From assembly GCA_964016885.1 (NCBI GenBank), contig OZ024744.1:128340001-128404000 (forward strand): a DNA stretch of 64,000 nt. Reading direction: 5' to 3'. The translations under genes were made by a program, and so were the position numbers. Positions 12,001 through 25,160 of the stretch are shown here, piece after piece. Under the pieces are notes generated by a model. The model was not told where the DNA came from. It searched no databases and saw only the letters and a list, made by a program, of their open reading frames with translations. The DNA comes from Eledone cirrhosa (Eukaryota). Position 1 is the stretch's first letter. The number at the start of each line of letters is the position of its first letter.

Positions 12001-15000
12001 GTTAAGTTAAGCTGGGGTTAAGTTAGGGTAAGTTAAGTTGGGGGTAAGTTAAGTTGGGGTTAAGTTAAGTTGGGGTTAAGTTAAGTTGGGATTAAGTTAA
12101 GTTGGGGTTAAGTTAAGTTGGGGTTGAGTTAAGTTGGGGTTGAGTTAAGTTGGGGGTAAGTTAAGTTGGGGTTAAGTTAAGTTGGGGTTAAGTTAAGTTG
12201 GGGTTAAGTTAAGTTGGGGTTAAGTTAAGTTGGGGTTAAGTTAAGTTGGGGTTGAGTTAATTTGGGGTTAAGTTAAGTTGGGGTTAACTTAAGTTGGGGT
12301 TAAGTTGGGGTTAAGTTAAGTTGGGGTTAAGTTAAGTTGGGGTTAAGTTAAGTTGGGGGTAGGTTAAGTTGGGGGCAAGTTAAGTTGGGGTTAAGTTAAG
12401 TTGGGGTTAAGTTAAGTTGGGTTTCAGTTAAGTTGGGGATAAGTTAAGTTGGGGCTAAGTTAAGTTGGGGTTAAGTCAAGTTGGGGTTAAGTCAAGTTGG
12501 GGTTAAGTCAAGTTGGGGTTAAGTTAAGTTGGGGTTAAGTTAAGTTGGGGGTAAGTTAAGTTGGGTGTAAGTTAAGTTGGGGTTAAGTTAAGTTGTGGTT
12601 AAGTTAAGTTGGGGTTAAGTTAAGTTGTGGTTAAGTTCAGTTTGGGTTAAGTTAAATTGGGGTTAAGTTAAGCTGGGCGTAAGTTAAGTTGGGTGTAAGT
12701 TAAGTTGGGGTTAAATTAAGTTGGGGTTATGTTAAGTTGGGGTTAAGTTAAGTTGGGGTTAAGTTAAGTTGGGGTTAAGTTAAGTTGAGGTTAAGTTAAG
12801 TTGGAGTTAAGTTAAGTTGGGGTTAAGTTAAGTTGGAGTTAAGTTAAGTTGGGGTTAAGCTAAGTTGGGGTTAAGTTTATTTGCGGTTAAGTTAGGTTGT
12901 GGGTTAAGTTAAGTTGGGGTTAAGTTAAGCTGGGGTTAAGTTAGGGTAAGTTAAGTTGGGGGTAAGTTAAGTTGGGGTTAAGTTAAGTTGGGGTTAAGTT
13001 AAGTTGGGATTAAGTTAAGTTGGGGTTAAGTTAAGTTGGGGTTGAGTTAAGTTGGGGTTAAGTTAAGTTGGGGTTAAGTTAAGTTGGGGTTAAGTTAAGT
13101 TGGGGTTAAGTTAAGTTGGGGGTAAGTTAAGTTGGGGGCAAGTTAAGTTGGGGTTAAGTTAAGTTGGGGTTAAGTTAAGTTGGGGTTAAGTTAAGTTGGG
13201 GTTAAGTTAAGTTGGGGTTAAGTTAAGTTAGGGTTAATTTCAGTTGGGGTTATGTTAAGTTGGGGTTAAGTTAAGTTGGAGTTAAGTTAAGTTGGAGTTA
13301 AGTTAAGTTGGGGTTAAGCTAAGTTGGGGTTCAGTTAAGTTGGGGTTAAGTTAATTTGGGGCTGAGTTAAGTTGGGGTTAAGTTAAGATCGGGTTGAGTT
13401 AAGTTGGGGTTAAGTTAAGTTGGGGTTAAGTTAAGTTGGGGTTAAGTTAAGTTGGGGTTAAGATAAGTTGGGGTTAAGTTAAGTTGGGGTTAATTTACGT
13501 TGGGGTTGAGTTAATTTGGGTTTAAGTTAAGTTGGGCTTAACTTACTTGGGGTTAAGTTGGGGTTAAGTTAAGTTGGGGTTAAGTTAAGTTGGGGGTAAG
13601 TTAAGTTGGGGGCAAGTTAAGTTGGGGTTAATTTAAGTTGGGGTTAAGTTAAGTTGGGGTTATGTTAAGTTGGGGTTAAGTTAAGTTGGGGTTAAGTTAA
13701 GTTGGGGGTAACTTAAGTTGGGGTTAAGTTAAGTTGAGGGTAAGTTAAGTTGAGGGTAAGTTAAATTGAGGTTAAGTTAAGTTGGGGTTAAGTTAAGTTG
13801 GGGGTAAGTTAAGTTGGGGTTAAGTTAAGTTGGGGATAAATTAAGTTGAGGTTAAGTTAATTTGGGGTTACGTTAAGTTGGGGTTAAGTTAAGTTGGGGG
13901 TAAGAGAAGTTGGGGCTAAGTTAAGTTGGGGCTAAGTCAAGTTGGGGTTAAGTCAAGTTGAGGTTAACTTAAGTTGGGGTTAAGTTAAGTTGGGGTTAAG
14001 TTAAGTTGGGGTTAAGGTAAGTTGGGGTTAAGTTAAGTTGGGGTTAAGTTAAGTTGGGGTTAAGTTAAGTTGAGGGTAAGTTAAGTTGGGGTTCAGTTAA
14101 GTTGGGGTTAAATTAAGTTGGGGGTAAGTTAAGTTGGGGGTAAGTTAAGTTGGGGTTAATTTAAGTTGGGGTTAAATTAAGTTGAGGTTAAGTTAAGTTG
14201 GGGTTAAGTTAAATTGGGGTTAATTTAAGTTGGGGGTAAGATAAGTTGGGGCTAAGTTAAGTTGGGGCTAAGTCAAGTTGGGGTTAAGTCAAGTTGAGGT
14301 TAACTTAAGTTGGGGTTATGTTAAGTTGGGGCTAAGTTAAGTTGGGGCTAAGTTAAGTTGGGGCTGAGTTAAGTTGGGGTTAAGTTAAGTTGGGGTTAAG
14401 TTAAGTTCGGCTTGAGTTAAGTTGGGGTTAAGTTAAGTTGGGGTTAATTTAAGTTGGGGTTAAGTTAAGTTGGGGTTAAGATAAGTTGGGGTTAAGTTAA
14501 GTTGGGGTTAAGTTAAGTTGGGGTTGAGTTAATTTGGGGTTAAGTTAAGTTGGGGTTAAGTTAAGTTGGGGTTAAGTTAAGTTGGGGTTAAGTTAAGTTG
14601 GGGGTAGGTTAAGTTGGGGGCAAGTTAAGTTGGGGTTAAGTTAAGTTGGGGTTAAGTTAAGTTGGGTTTCAGTTAAGTTGGGGCTAAGTTAAGTTGGGGC
14701 TAAGTTAAGTTGGGGCTGAGTTAAGTTGGGGTTAAGTTAAGTTGGGGTTGAATTAAGTTGGGGTTATGTTAAGTTAGGGTTGAGTTAAGTTGGGGTTGAG
14801 TTAAGTTGGGGTTAAGTTAAGTTGGCGTTAAGTTAAGTTGGGGTTAAGCTAAGTTGGGGTTAAGTTAATTTGCGGTTAAGTTAGGTTGTGGGTTAAGTTA
14901 AGTTGGGGGTAAGTTAAGTTGGGGGTAAGTTAAGTTGGGGTTAAATTAAGTTGGGGTTAAGTTAAGTTGGGGTTAAGTTAAGTTGGGGTTAAGTTAAGTT

Positions 15001-16010
15001 GGGGTTAAGTTAAGTTGGCGTTAAGTTAAGTTGGGGTAAAGTTAAGTTGGGGTAAAGTTAAGTTGGGGTTAAGTTAAGTAGGGGTTAAGTTAAGTTGGGG
15101 TTAAGTTAAGTTGGGGTTAAGTCAAGTTGGGGTTAAGTCAAGTTGGGGTTAAGTCAAGTTGGTGTTAAGTTAAGTTGGGGTTAAGTTAAGTTGGGGGTAA
15201 GTTAAGTTGGGTGTAAGTTAAGTTGGGGTTAAGTTAAGTTGTGGTTAAGTTCAGTTTGGGTTAAGTTAAGTTGGGGTTAAGTTAAGCTGGGGGTAAGTTA
15301 AGTTGGGTGTAAGTTAAGTTGGGGTTAAATTAAGTTGGGGTTAAGTTAAGTTGGGGTTATGTTAAGTTGGGGTTAAGTTAAGTTGGGGTTAAGTTAAGTT
15401 GGGGTTAAGTTAAGTTGAGGTTAAGTTAAGTTGGAGTTAAGTTAAGTTGGCGTTAAGTTAAGTTGGAGTTAAGTTAAGTTGGGGTTAAGCTAAGTTGGGG
15501 TTAAGTTAATTTGCGGTTAAGTTAGGTTGTGGGTTAAGTTAAGTTGGGGTTAAGTTAAGCTGGGGTTAAGTTAGGGTAAGTTAAGTTGGGGGTAAGTTAA
15601 GTTGGGGTTAAGTTAAGTTGGGGTTAAGTTAAGTTGGGATTAAGTTAAGTTGGGGTTAAGTTAAGTTGGGGTTGAGTTAAGTTGGGGTTGAGTTAAGTTG
15701 GGGGTAAGTTAAGTTGGGGTTAAGTTAAGTTGGGGTTAAGTTAAGTTGGGGTTAAGTTAAGTTGGGGTTAAGTTAAGTTGGGGTTAAGTTAAGTTGGGGT
15801 TGAGTTAATTTGGGGTTAAGTTAAGTTGGGGTTAACTTAAGTTGGGGTTAAGTTGGGGTTAAGTTAAGTTGGGGTTAAGTTAAGTTGGGGTTAAGTTAAG
15901 TTGGGGGTAGGTTAGGTTGGGGGCAAGTTAAGTTGGGGTTAAGTTAAGTTGGGGTTAAGTTAAGTTGGGTTTCAGTTAAGTTGCGGATAAGTTAAGTTGG
16001 GGCTAAGTTA
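9060..16010 (+). repeat. Tandem segmental duplication within the array, period 3516-3548 bp
   Basis: GATCGGG at 9871/13387, GTTACGTTAA at 10351/13867 and GAGAAG at 10388/13904 all give offset 3516. After a 2-monomer insertion near 14030, TTCGGCTTGAG at 10858/14406, TTGGTGTTAAG at 11611/15159 and GTTTCAG at 12421/15969 give offset 3548. Confidence 0.88.
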
Positions 16011-16399
16011 AGTTGGGGCTGAGTTAAGTTGGGGTTAAGTTAAGTTGGGGTTGAATTAAGTTGGGGTTATGTTAAGTTAGGGTTGAGTTAAGTTGGGGTT
16101 GAGTTAAGTTGGGGTTAAGTTAAGTTGGCGTTAAGTTAAGTTGGGGTTAAGCTAAGTTGGGGTTAAGTTAATTTGCGGTTAAGTTAGGTTGTGGGTTAAG
16201 TTAAGTTGGGGGTAAGTTAAGTTGGGGGTAAGTTAAGTTGGGGTTAAATTAAGTTGGGGTTAAGTTAAGTTGGGGTTAAGTTAAGTTGGGGTTAAGTTAA
16301 GTTGGGGTTAAGTTAAGTTGGCGTTAAGTTAAGTTGGGGTAAAGTTAAGTTGGGGTAAAGTTAAGTTGGGGTTAAGTTAAGTTGGGGTTAAGTTAAGTT

Positions 16400-19300
16400 G
16401 GGGTTAAGTTAAGTTGGGGTTAAGTCAAGTTGGGGTTAAGTCAAGTTGGGGTTAAGTCAAGTTGGGGTTAAGTTAAGTTGGGGTTAAGTTAAGTTGGGGG
16501 TAAGTTAAGTTGGGTGTAAGTTAAGTTGGGGTTAAGTTAAGTTGTGGTTAAGTTCAGTTTGGGTTAAGTTAAGTTGGGGTTAAGTTAAGCTGGGGGTAAG
16601 TTAAGTTGGGTGTTAGTTAAGTTGGGGTTAAATTAAGTTGGGGTTAAGTTAAGTTGGGGTTATGTTAAGTTGGGGTTAAGTTAAGTTGAGGTTAAGTTAA
16701 GTTGGGGTTAAGTTAAGTTGAGGTTAAGTTAAGTTGGAGTTAAGTTAAGTTGGGGTTAAGTTAAGTTGGAGTTAAGTTAAGTTGGGGTTAAGCTAAGTTG
16801 GGGTTAAGTTAATTTGCGGTTAAGTTAGGTTGTGGGTTAAGTTAAGTTGGGGTTAAGTTAAGCTGGGGTTAAGTTAGGGTAAGTTAAGTTGGGGGTAAGT
16901 TAAGTTGGGGTTAAGTTAAGTTGGGGTTAAGTTAAGTTGGGATTAAGTTAAGTTGGGGTTAAGTTAAGTTGGGGTTGAGTTAAGTTGGGGTTGAGTTAAG
17001 TTGGGGGTAAGTTAAGTTGGGGTTAAGTTAAGTTGGGGTTAAGTTAAGTTGGGGTTAAGTTAAGTTGGGGTTAAGTTAAGTTGGGGGCAAGTTAAGTTGG
17101 GGTTAAGTTAAGTTGGGGTTAAGTTAAGTTGGGGTTAAGTTAAGTTGGGGTTAAGTTAAGTTAGGGTTAATTTCAGTTGGGGTTATGTTAAGTTGGGGTT
17201 AAGTTAAGTTGGGGTTAAGTTAAAGTTGGGATTAAGTTAAGTTGGGGTAAAGTTAAGTTAGGGTTAAGTTAAGTTGGGGTTAAGTTAAGTTGGGGTTAAA
17301 TTAAGTTGGGGTTAAGTTAAGTTGGGGTTAAGTTAAGTTGGGGTTAAATTAAGTTGGGGTTCAGTTAAGTTGGGGTTAAATTAAGTTGGGGTTAAGTTAA
17401 GTTGGGGTTAGTTAAGTTGGGGTTAAGTTAAGTTGGGGTTAAGTTAAGTTGGGGTTAAGTTAAGTTGGGGTTAAGTTAAGTTGGCGTTAAGTTAAGTTGG
17501 GGTTATGTTAAGTTGGGGTTAAATTAAGTTGGGGTTAAGTTAAGTTGGGGTTAAGTTAAGTTGGAGTTAAGTCAAGTTGGGGTTAAGTCAAGTTGGGGTT
17601 AAGTCAAGTTGGGGTTAAGTCAAGTTGGGGTTAAGTTAAGTTGGGGTTAAGTTAAGTTGGGGTTAAGTTAAGTTGGGGGTAAGTTAAGTTGGGTGTAAGT
17701 TAAGTTGGGGTTAAGTTAAGTTGGGGTTCAGTTCAGTTGGGGTTAAGTTAAGTTGGGGTTAAGTTAAGTTGGAGTTAAGTTAAGTTGGAGTTAAGTTAAG
17801 TTGGGGTTAAGCTAAGTTGGGGTTCAGTTAAGTTGGGGTTAAGTTAATTTGGGGCTGAGTTAAGTTGGGGTTAAGTTAAGTTGTGGTTAAGTTCAGTTTG
17901 GGTTAAGTTAAGTTGGGGTTAAGTTAAGCTGGGGGTAAGTTAAGTTGGGGTTAAGTTAAGTTGGGGTTAAGTTAAGTTGGGGTTAAGTTAAGTTGGGGTT
18001 AAGTCAAGTTGGGGTTAAGTCAAGTTGGGGTTAAGTCAAGTTGGGGTTAAGTTGAGTTGGGGTTAAGTTAAGTTGGGGGTAAGTTAAGTTGGGTGTAAGT
18101 TAAGTTGGGGTTAAGTTAAGTTGTGGTTAAGTTCAGTTTGGGTTAAGTTAAGTTGGGGTTAAGTTAAGCTGGGGGTAAGTTAAGTTGGGTGTAAGTTAAG
18201 TTGGGGTTAAATTAAGTTGGGGTTAAGTTAAGTTGGGGTTATGTTAAGTTGGGGTTAAGTTAAGTTGGGGTTAAGTTAAGTTGGGGTTAAGTTAAGTTGA
18301 GGTTAAGTTAAGTTGGAGTTAAGTTAAGTTGGGGTTAAGTTAAGTTGGAGTTAAGTTAAGTTGGGGTTAAGCTAAGTTGGGGTTAAGTTAATTTGCGGTT
18401 AAGTTAGGTTGTGGGTTAAGTTAAGTTGGGGTTAAGTTAAGCTGGGGTTAAGTTAGGGTAAGTTAAGTTGGGGGTAAGTTAAGTTGGGGTTAAGTTAAGT
18501 TGGGGTTAAGTTAAGTTGGGATTAAGTTAAGTTGGGGTTAAGTTAAGTTGGGGTTGAGTTAAGTTGGGGTTGAGTTAAGTTGGGGGTAAGTTAAGTTGGG
18601 GTTAAGTTAAGTTGGGGTTAAGTTAAGTTGGGGTTAAGTTAAGTTGGGGGCAAGTTAAGTTGGGGTTAAGTTAAGTTGGGGTTAAGTTAAGTTGGGGTTA
18701 AGTTAAGTTAGGGTTAATTTCAGTTGGGGTTATGTTAAGTTGGGGTTAAGTTAAGTTGGGGTTAAGTTAAAGTTGGGATTAAGTTAAGTTGGGGTAAAGT
18801 TAAGTTAGGGTTAAGTTAAGTTGGGGTTAAGTTAAGTTGGGGTTAAATTAAGTTGGGGTTAAGTTAAGTTGGGGTTAAGTTAAGTTGGGGTTAAATTAAG
18901 TTGGGGTTCAGTTAAGTTGGGGTTAAATTAAGTTGGGGTTAAGTTAAGTTGGGGTTAGTTAAGTTGGGGTTAAGTTAAGTTGGGGTTAAGTTAAGTTGGG
19001 GTTAAGTTAAGTTGGGGTTAAGTTAAGTTGGCGTTAAGTTAAGTTGGGGTTATGTTAAGTTGGGGTTAAATTAAGTTGGGGTTAAGTTAAGTTGGGGTTA
19101 AGTTAAGTTGGAGTTAAGTCAAGTTGGGGTTAAGTCAAGTTGGGGTTAAGTCAAGTTGGGGTTAAGTCAAGTTGGGGTTAAGTTAAGTTGGGGTTAAGTT
19201 AAGTTGGGGTTAAGTTAAGTTGGGGGTAAGTTAAGTTGGGTGTAAGTTAAGTTGGGGTTAAGTTAAGTTGGGGTTCAGTTCAGTTGGGGTTAAGTTAAGT

Positions 19301-20130
19301 TGGGGTTAAGTTAAGTTGGAGTTAAGTTAAGTTGGAGTTAAGTTAAGTTGGGGTTAAGCTAAGTTGGGGTTCAGTTAAGTTGGGGTTAAGTTAATTTGGG
19401 GCTGAGTTAAGTTGGGGTTAAGTTAAGTTGTGGTTAAGTTCAGTTTGGGTTAAGTTAAGTTGGGGTTAAGTTAAGCTGGGGGTAAGTTAAGTTGGGGTTA
19501 AGTTAAGTTGGGGTTAAGTTAAGTTGGGGTTAAGTTAAGTTGGGGTTAAGTCAAGTTGGGGTTAAGTCAAGTTGGGGTTAAGTCAAGTTGGGGTTAAGTT
19601 GAGTTGGGGTTAAGTTAAGTTGGGGGTAAGTTAAGTTGGGTGTAAGTTAAGTTGGGGTTAAGTTAAGTTGTGGTTAAGTTCAGTTTGGGTTAAGTTAAGT
19701 TGGGGTTAAGTTAAGCTGGGGGTAAGTTAAGTTGGGTGTAAGTTAAGTTGGGGTTAAATTAAGTTGGGGTTAAGTTAAGTTGGGGTTATGTTAAGTTGGG
19801 GTTAAGTTAAGTTGGGGTTAAGTTAAGTTGGGGTTAAGTTAAGTTGAGGTTAAGTTAAGTTGGAGTTAAGTTAAGTTGGGGTTAAGTTAAGTTGGAGTTA
19901 AGTTAAGTTGGGGTTTAGCTAAGTTGGGGTTAAGTTAATTTGCGGTTAAGTTAGGTTGTGGGTTAAGTTAAGTTGGGGTTAAGTTAAGCTGGGGTTAAGT
20001 TAGGGTAAGTTAAGTTGGGGGTAAGTTAAGTTGGGGTTAAGTTAAGTTGGGGTTAAGTTAAGTTGGGATTAAGTTAAGTTGGGGTTAAGTTAAGTTGGGG
20101 TTGAGTTAAGTTGGGGTTGAGTTAAGTTGG
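16400..20130 (+). repeat. ~1547-bp higher-order repeat, ~2.4 tandem copies
   Basis: TAAAGTTGGGATTAAG at 17221/18768 and GTTGAGTTGG after a GTCAAG triplet at 18051/19598 both give offset 1547. The TTTGCGG...TTGTGGG block occurs at 16813, 18392 and 19939 (offsets 1579 and 1547). Confidence 0.86.
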
Positions 20131-23100
20131 GGTTAAGTTAAGTTGGGGTTAAGTTAAGTTGGGGTTAAGTTAATTTGGGGTTAAGTTAAGTTGGGGGTAA
20201 GTTAAGTTGGGGGCAAGTTAAGTTGGGGTTAAGTTAAGTTGGGGCTAAGTTAAGTTGGGGTTAAGTTAAGTTGGGGTTAAGTTAAGTTAGGGTTAATTTC
20301 AGTTGGGGTTATGTTAAGTTGGGGTTAAGTTAAGTTGGAGTTAAGTTAAGTTGGAGTTAAGTTAAGTTGGGGTTAAGCTAATTTGGGGTTCAGTTAAGTT
20401 GGGGTTAAGTTAATTTGGGGCTGAGTTAAGTTGGGGTTAAGTTAAGATCGGGTTGAGTTAAGTTGGGGTTAAGTTAAGTTGGGGTTAAGTTAAGTTGGGG
20501 TTAAGTTAAGTTGGGGTTAAGATAAGTTGGGGTTAAGTTAAGTTGGGGTTAATTTACGTTGGGGTTGAGTTAATTTGGGTTTAAGTTAAGTTGGGCTTAA
20601 CTTAAGTTGGGGTTAAGTTGGGGTTAAGTTAAGTTGGGGTTAAGTTAAGTTGGGGGTAAGTTAAGTTGGGGGCAAGTTAAGTTGGGGTTAATTTAAGTTG
20701 GGGTTAAGTTATGTTGGGGTTATGTTAAGTTGGGGTTAAGTTAAGTTGGGGTTAAGTTAAGTTGGGGTTAAGTTAATTTGGGGCTGAGTTAAGTTGGGGT
20801 TAAGTTAAGTTGTGGTTAAGTTCAGTTTGGGTTAAGTTAAGTTGGGGTTAAGTTAAGCTGGGGGTAAGTTAAGTTGGGGTTAAGTTAAGTTGGGGCTAAG
20901 TTAAGTTGGGGCTAAGTTAAGTTGGGGCTGAGTTAAGTTGGGGTTGAGTTGGGGTTGAGTTAAGTTGGGGTTAAGTTAAGTTGGGATTAAGTTAAGTTGG
21001 GGTTAAGTTAAGTTCGGGTTGAGTTAAGTTGGGGTTAATTTAAGTTGGGGTTAATTTAAGTTGGGGTTAAGTTAAGTTGGGGTTAAGATAAGTTGGGGTT
21101 AAGTTAAGTTGGGGTTAAGTTAAGTTGGGGTTGAGTTAATTTGGGGTTAAGTTAAGTTGGGGTTAACTTAAGTTGGGGTTAAGTTAAGTTGGGGTTAAGT
21201 TAAGTTGGGGGTAAGTTAAGTTGGGGGCAAGTTGAGTTGGGGTTAAGTTAAGTTGGGTTTAAGTTAAGTTGGGGCTAAGTTAAGTTGGGGTTAAGTTAAG
21301 TTGGGGCTGAGTTAAGTTGGGGTTAAGTTAAGTTGGGGTTGAGTTAAGTTGGGGTTAACTTAAGTTGGGGTTAAGTTGGGGTTAAGTTAAGTTGGGGTTA
21401 AATTAAGTTGGGGGTTAGTTAAGTTGGGGCAAGTTAAGTTGGGGTTAATTTAAGTTGGGGTTAAGTTAAGTTGGGGTTATGTTAAGTTGGGGTTAAGTTA
21501 AGTTGGGGTTAAGTTAAGTTGGGGTTAAGTTAAGTTGGGGTTAAGTTAAGTTGGGGGTAAGTTAAGTTGAGGGTAAGTTAAGTTGGGGTTAAGTCAAGTT
21601 GGGGTTAAGTTAAGTTGGGGTTAAGTTAAGTTGGGGTTGAGTTAAGTTGGGGTTGAGTTAAGTTGGGGTTAAGTTAAGTTGGGTGTAAGTTAAGTTGGGG
21701 TTAAGTTAAGTTGGGGTTAAGTTAAGTTGGGGTTAAGTTAAGTTGGGGGTAAGTTAAGTTGGGGGCAAGTTAAGTTGGGGTTAAGTTAAGTTGGGGTTAA
21801 GTTAAGTTGGGGTTAAGTTAAGTTGGGGTTAAGTTAAGTTGGGGTTAAGTTAAGTTGGGGGTAAGTTAAGTTGGGGTTAAGTTAAGTTGGGGTTAAATTA
21901 AGTTGAGGTTAAGTTAATTTGGGGTTAAGTTAAGTTGGGGTTAAGTTAAGTTGGGGGTAAGCTAAGTTGGGGTTAAGTTAAGTTGGAGTTAAGTTAAGTT
22001 GGGGTTAAGCTAAGTTGGGGTTAAGTTAATTTGCGGTTAAGTTAGGTTGTGGGTTAAGTTAAGTTGGGGTTAAGATAAGCTGGGGTTAAGTTAGGGTAAG
22101 TTAAGTTGGGGGTAAGTTAAGTTGGGGTTAAGTTAAGTTGGGGTTAAGTTAAGTTGGGATTAAGTTAAGTTGGGGTTAAGTTAAGTTGGGGTTGAGTTAA
22201 GTTGGGGTTGAGTTAAGTTGGGGGTAAGTTAAGTTGGGGTTAAGTTAAGTTGGGGTTAAGTTAAGTTGGGGTTAAGTTAAGTTGGGGGCAAGTTAAGTTG
22301 GGGTTAAGTTAAGTTGGGGTTAAGTTAAGTTGGGGTTAAGTTAAGTTAGGGTTAATTTCAGTTGGGGTTATGTTAAGTTGGGGTTAAGTTAAGTTGGGGT
22401 TAAGTTAAAGTTGGGATTAAGTTAAGTTGGGGTAAAGTTAAGTTAGGGTTAAGTTAAGTTGGGGTTAAGTTAAGTTGGGGTTAAATTAAGTTGGGGTTAA
22501 GTTAAGTTGGGGTTAAGTTAAGTTGGGGTTAAATTAAGTTGGGGTTCAGTTAAGTTGGGGTTAAATTAAGTTGGGGTTAAGTTAAGTTGGGGTTAGTTAA
22601 GTTGGGGTTAAGTTAAGTTGGGGTTAAGTTAAGTTGGGGTTAAGTTAAGTTGGGGTTAAGTTAAGTTGGCGTTAAGTTAAGTTGGGGTTATGTTAAGTTG
22701 GGGTTAAATTAAGTTGGGGTTAAGTTAAGTTGGGGTTAAGTTAAGTTGGAGTTAAGTCAAGTTGGGGTTAAGTCAAGTTGGGGTTAAGTCAAGTTGGGGT
22801 TAAGTCAAGTTGGGGTTAAGTTAAGTTGGGGTTAAGTTAAGTTGGGGTTAAGTTAAGTTGGGGGTAAGTTAAGTTGGGTGTAAGTTAAGTTGGGGTTAAG
22901 TTAAGTTGGGGTTCAGTTCAGTTGGGGTTAAGTTAAGTTGGGGTTAAGTTAAGTTGGAGTTAAGTTAAGTTGGAGTTAAGTTAAGTTGGGGTTAAGCTAA
23001 GTTGGGGTTCAGTTAAGTTGGGGTTAAGTTAATTTGGGGCTGAGTTAAGTTGGGGTTAAGTTAAGTTGTGGTTAAGTTCAGTTTGGGTTAAGTTAAGTTG

Positions 23101-25160
23101 GGGTTAAGTTAAGCTGGGGGTAAGTTAAGTTGGGGTTAAGTTAAGTTGGGGTTAAGTTAAGTTGGGGTTAAGTTAAGTTGGGGTTAAGTCAAGTTGGGGT
23201 TAAGTCAAGTTGGGGTTAAGTCAAGTTGGGGTTAAGTTGAGTTGGGGTTAAGTTAAGTTGGGGGTAAGTTAAGTTGGGTGTAAGTTAAGTTGGGGTTAAG
23301 TTAAGTTGTGGTTAAGTTCAGTTTGGGTTAAGTTAAGTTGGGGTTAAGTTAAGCTGGGGGTAAGTTAAGTTGGGTGTAAGTTAAGTTGGGGTTAAATTAA
23401 GTTGGGGTTAAGTTAAGTTGGGGTTATGTTAAGTTGGGGTTAAGTTAAGTTGGGGTTAAGTTAAGTTGGGGTTAAGTTAAGTTGAGGTTAAGTTAAGTTG
23501 GAGTTAAGTTAAGTTGGGGTTAAGTTAAGTTGGAGTTAAGTTAAGTTGGGGTTTAGCTAAGTTGGGGTTAAGTTAATTTGCGGTTAAGTTAGGTTGTGGG
23601 TTAAGTTAAGTTGGGGTTAAGTTAAGCTGGGGTTAAGTTAGGGTAAGTTAAGTTGGGGGTAAGTTAAGTTGGGGTTAAGTTAAGTTGGGGTTAAGTTAAG
23701 TTGGGATTAAGTTAAGTTGGGGTTAAGTTAAGTTGGGGTTGAGTTAAGTTGGGGTTGAGTTAAGTTGGGGTTAAGTTAAGTTGGGGTTAAGTTAAGTTGG
23801 GGTTAAGTTAATTTGGGGTTAAGTTAAGTTGGGGGTAAGTTAAGTTGGGGGCAAGTTAAGTTGGGGTTAAGTTAAGTTGGGGCTAAGTTAAGTTGGGGTT
23901 AAGTTAAGTTGGGGTTAAGTTAAGTTAGGGTTAATTTCAGTTGGGGTTATGTTAAGTTGGGGTTAAGTTAAGTTGGAGTTAAGTTAAGTTGGAGTTAAGT
24001 TAAGTTGGGGTTAAGCTAATTTGGGGTTCAGTTAAGTTGGGGTTAAGTTAATTTGGGGCTGAGTTAAGTTGGGGTTAAGTTAAGATCGGGTTGAGTTAAG
24101 TTGGGGTTAAGTTAAGTTGGGGTTAAGTTAAGTTGGGGTTAAGTTAAGTTGGGGTTAAGATAAGTTGGGGTTAAGTTAAGTTGGGGTTAATTTACGTTGG
24201 GGTTGAGTTAATTTGGGTTTAAGTTAAGTTGGGCTTAACTTAAGTTGGGGTTAAGTTGGGGTTAAGTTAAGTTGGGGTTAAGTTAAGTTGGGGGTAAGTT
24301 AAGTTGGGGGCAAGTTAAGTTGGGGTTAATTTAAGTTGGGGTTAAGTTAAGTTGGGGTTATGTTAAGTTGGGGTTAAGTTAAGTTGGGGTTAAGTTAAGT
24401 TGGGGTTAAGTTAATTTGGGGCTGAGTTAAGTTGGGGTTAAGTTAAGTTGTGGTTAAGTTCAGTTTGGGTTAAGTTAAGTTGGGGTTAAGTTAAGCTGGG
24501 GGTAAGTTAAGTTGGGGTTAAGTTAAGTTGGGGCTAAGTTAAGTTGGGGCTAAGTTAAGTTGGGGCTGAGTTAAGTTGGGGTTGAGTTGGGGTTGAGTTA
24601 AGTTGGGGTTAAGTTAAGTTGGGATTAAGTTAAGTTGGGGTTAAGTTAAGTTCGGGTTGAGTTAAGTTGGGGTTAATTTAAGTTGGGGTTAATTTAAGTT
24701 GGGGTTAAGTTAAGTTGGGGTTAAGATAAGTTGGGGTTAAGTTAAGTTGGGGTTAAGTTAAGTTGGGGTTGAGTTAATTTGGGGTTAAGTTAAGTTGGGG
24801 TTAACTTAAGTTGGGGTTAAGTTAAGTTGGGGTTAAGTTAAGTTGGGGGTAAGTTAAGTTGGGGGCAAGTTGAGTTGGGGTTAAGTTAAGTTGGGTTTAA
24901 GTTAAGTTGGGGCTAAGTTAAGTTGGGGTTAAGTTAAGTTGGGGCTGAGTTAAGTTGGGGTTAAGTTAAGTTGGGGTTGAGTTAAGTTGGGGTTAACTTA
25001 AGTTGGGGTTAAGTTGGGGTTAAGTTAAGTTGGGGTTAAATTAAGTTGGGGGTTAGTTAAGTTGGGGCAAGTTAAGTTGGGGTTAATTTAAGTTGGGGTT
25101 AAGTTAAGTTGGGGTTATGTTAAGTTGGGGTTAAGTTAAGTTGGGGTTAAGTTAAGTTGG
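18330..25160 (+). repeat. Tandem segmental duplication, period 3638 bp (~18330-21520 vs ~21970-25160)
   Basis: TAAAGTTGGGA at 18768/22406, GGGTTTAGCT at 19911/23549 and GATCGGG at 20446/24084 all give offset 3638. The match breaks down near 25163. Confidence 0.9.

Larger units (their letters stand above)
1..16010 (+). repeat. Left HOR domain: irregular ~1.4-1.7 kb and ~3.1-3.5 kb higher-order repeats
   Basis: Marker GAGAAG (in GGTAAGAGAAG) occurs at 28, 1399, 2968, 4606, 7241, 10388 and 13904. Marker TTCGGCTTGAG occurs at 514, 1869, 3406, 5092, 8222, 10858 and 14406. Lines 1-240 are reproduced at 2941-3180 (offset 2940) and again from 4579. Confidence 0.88.
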
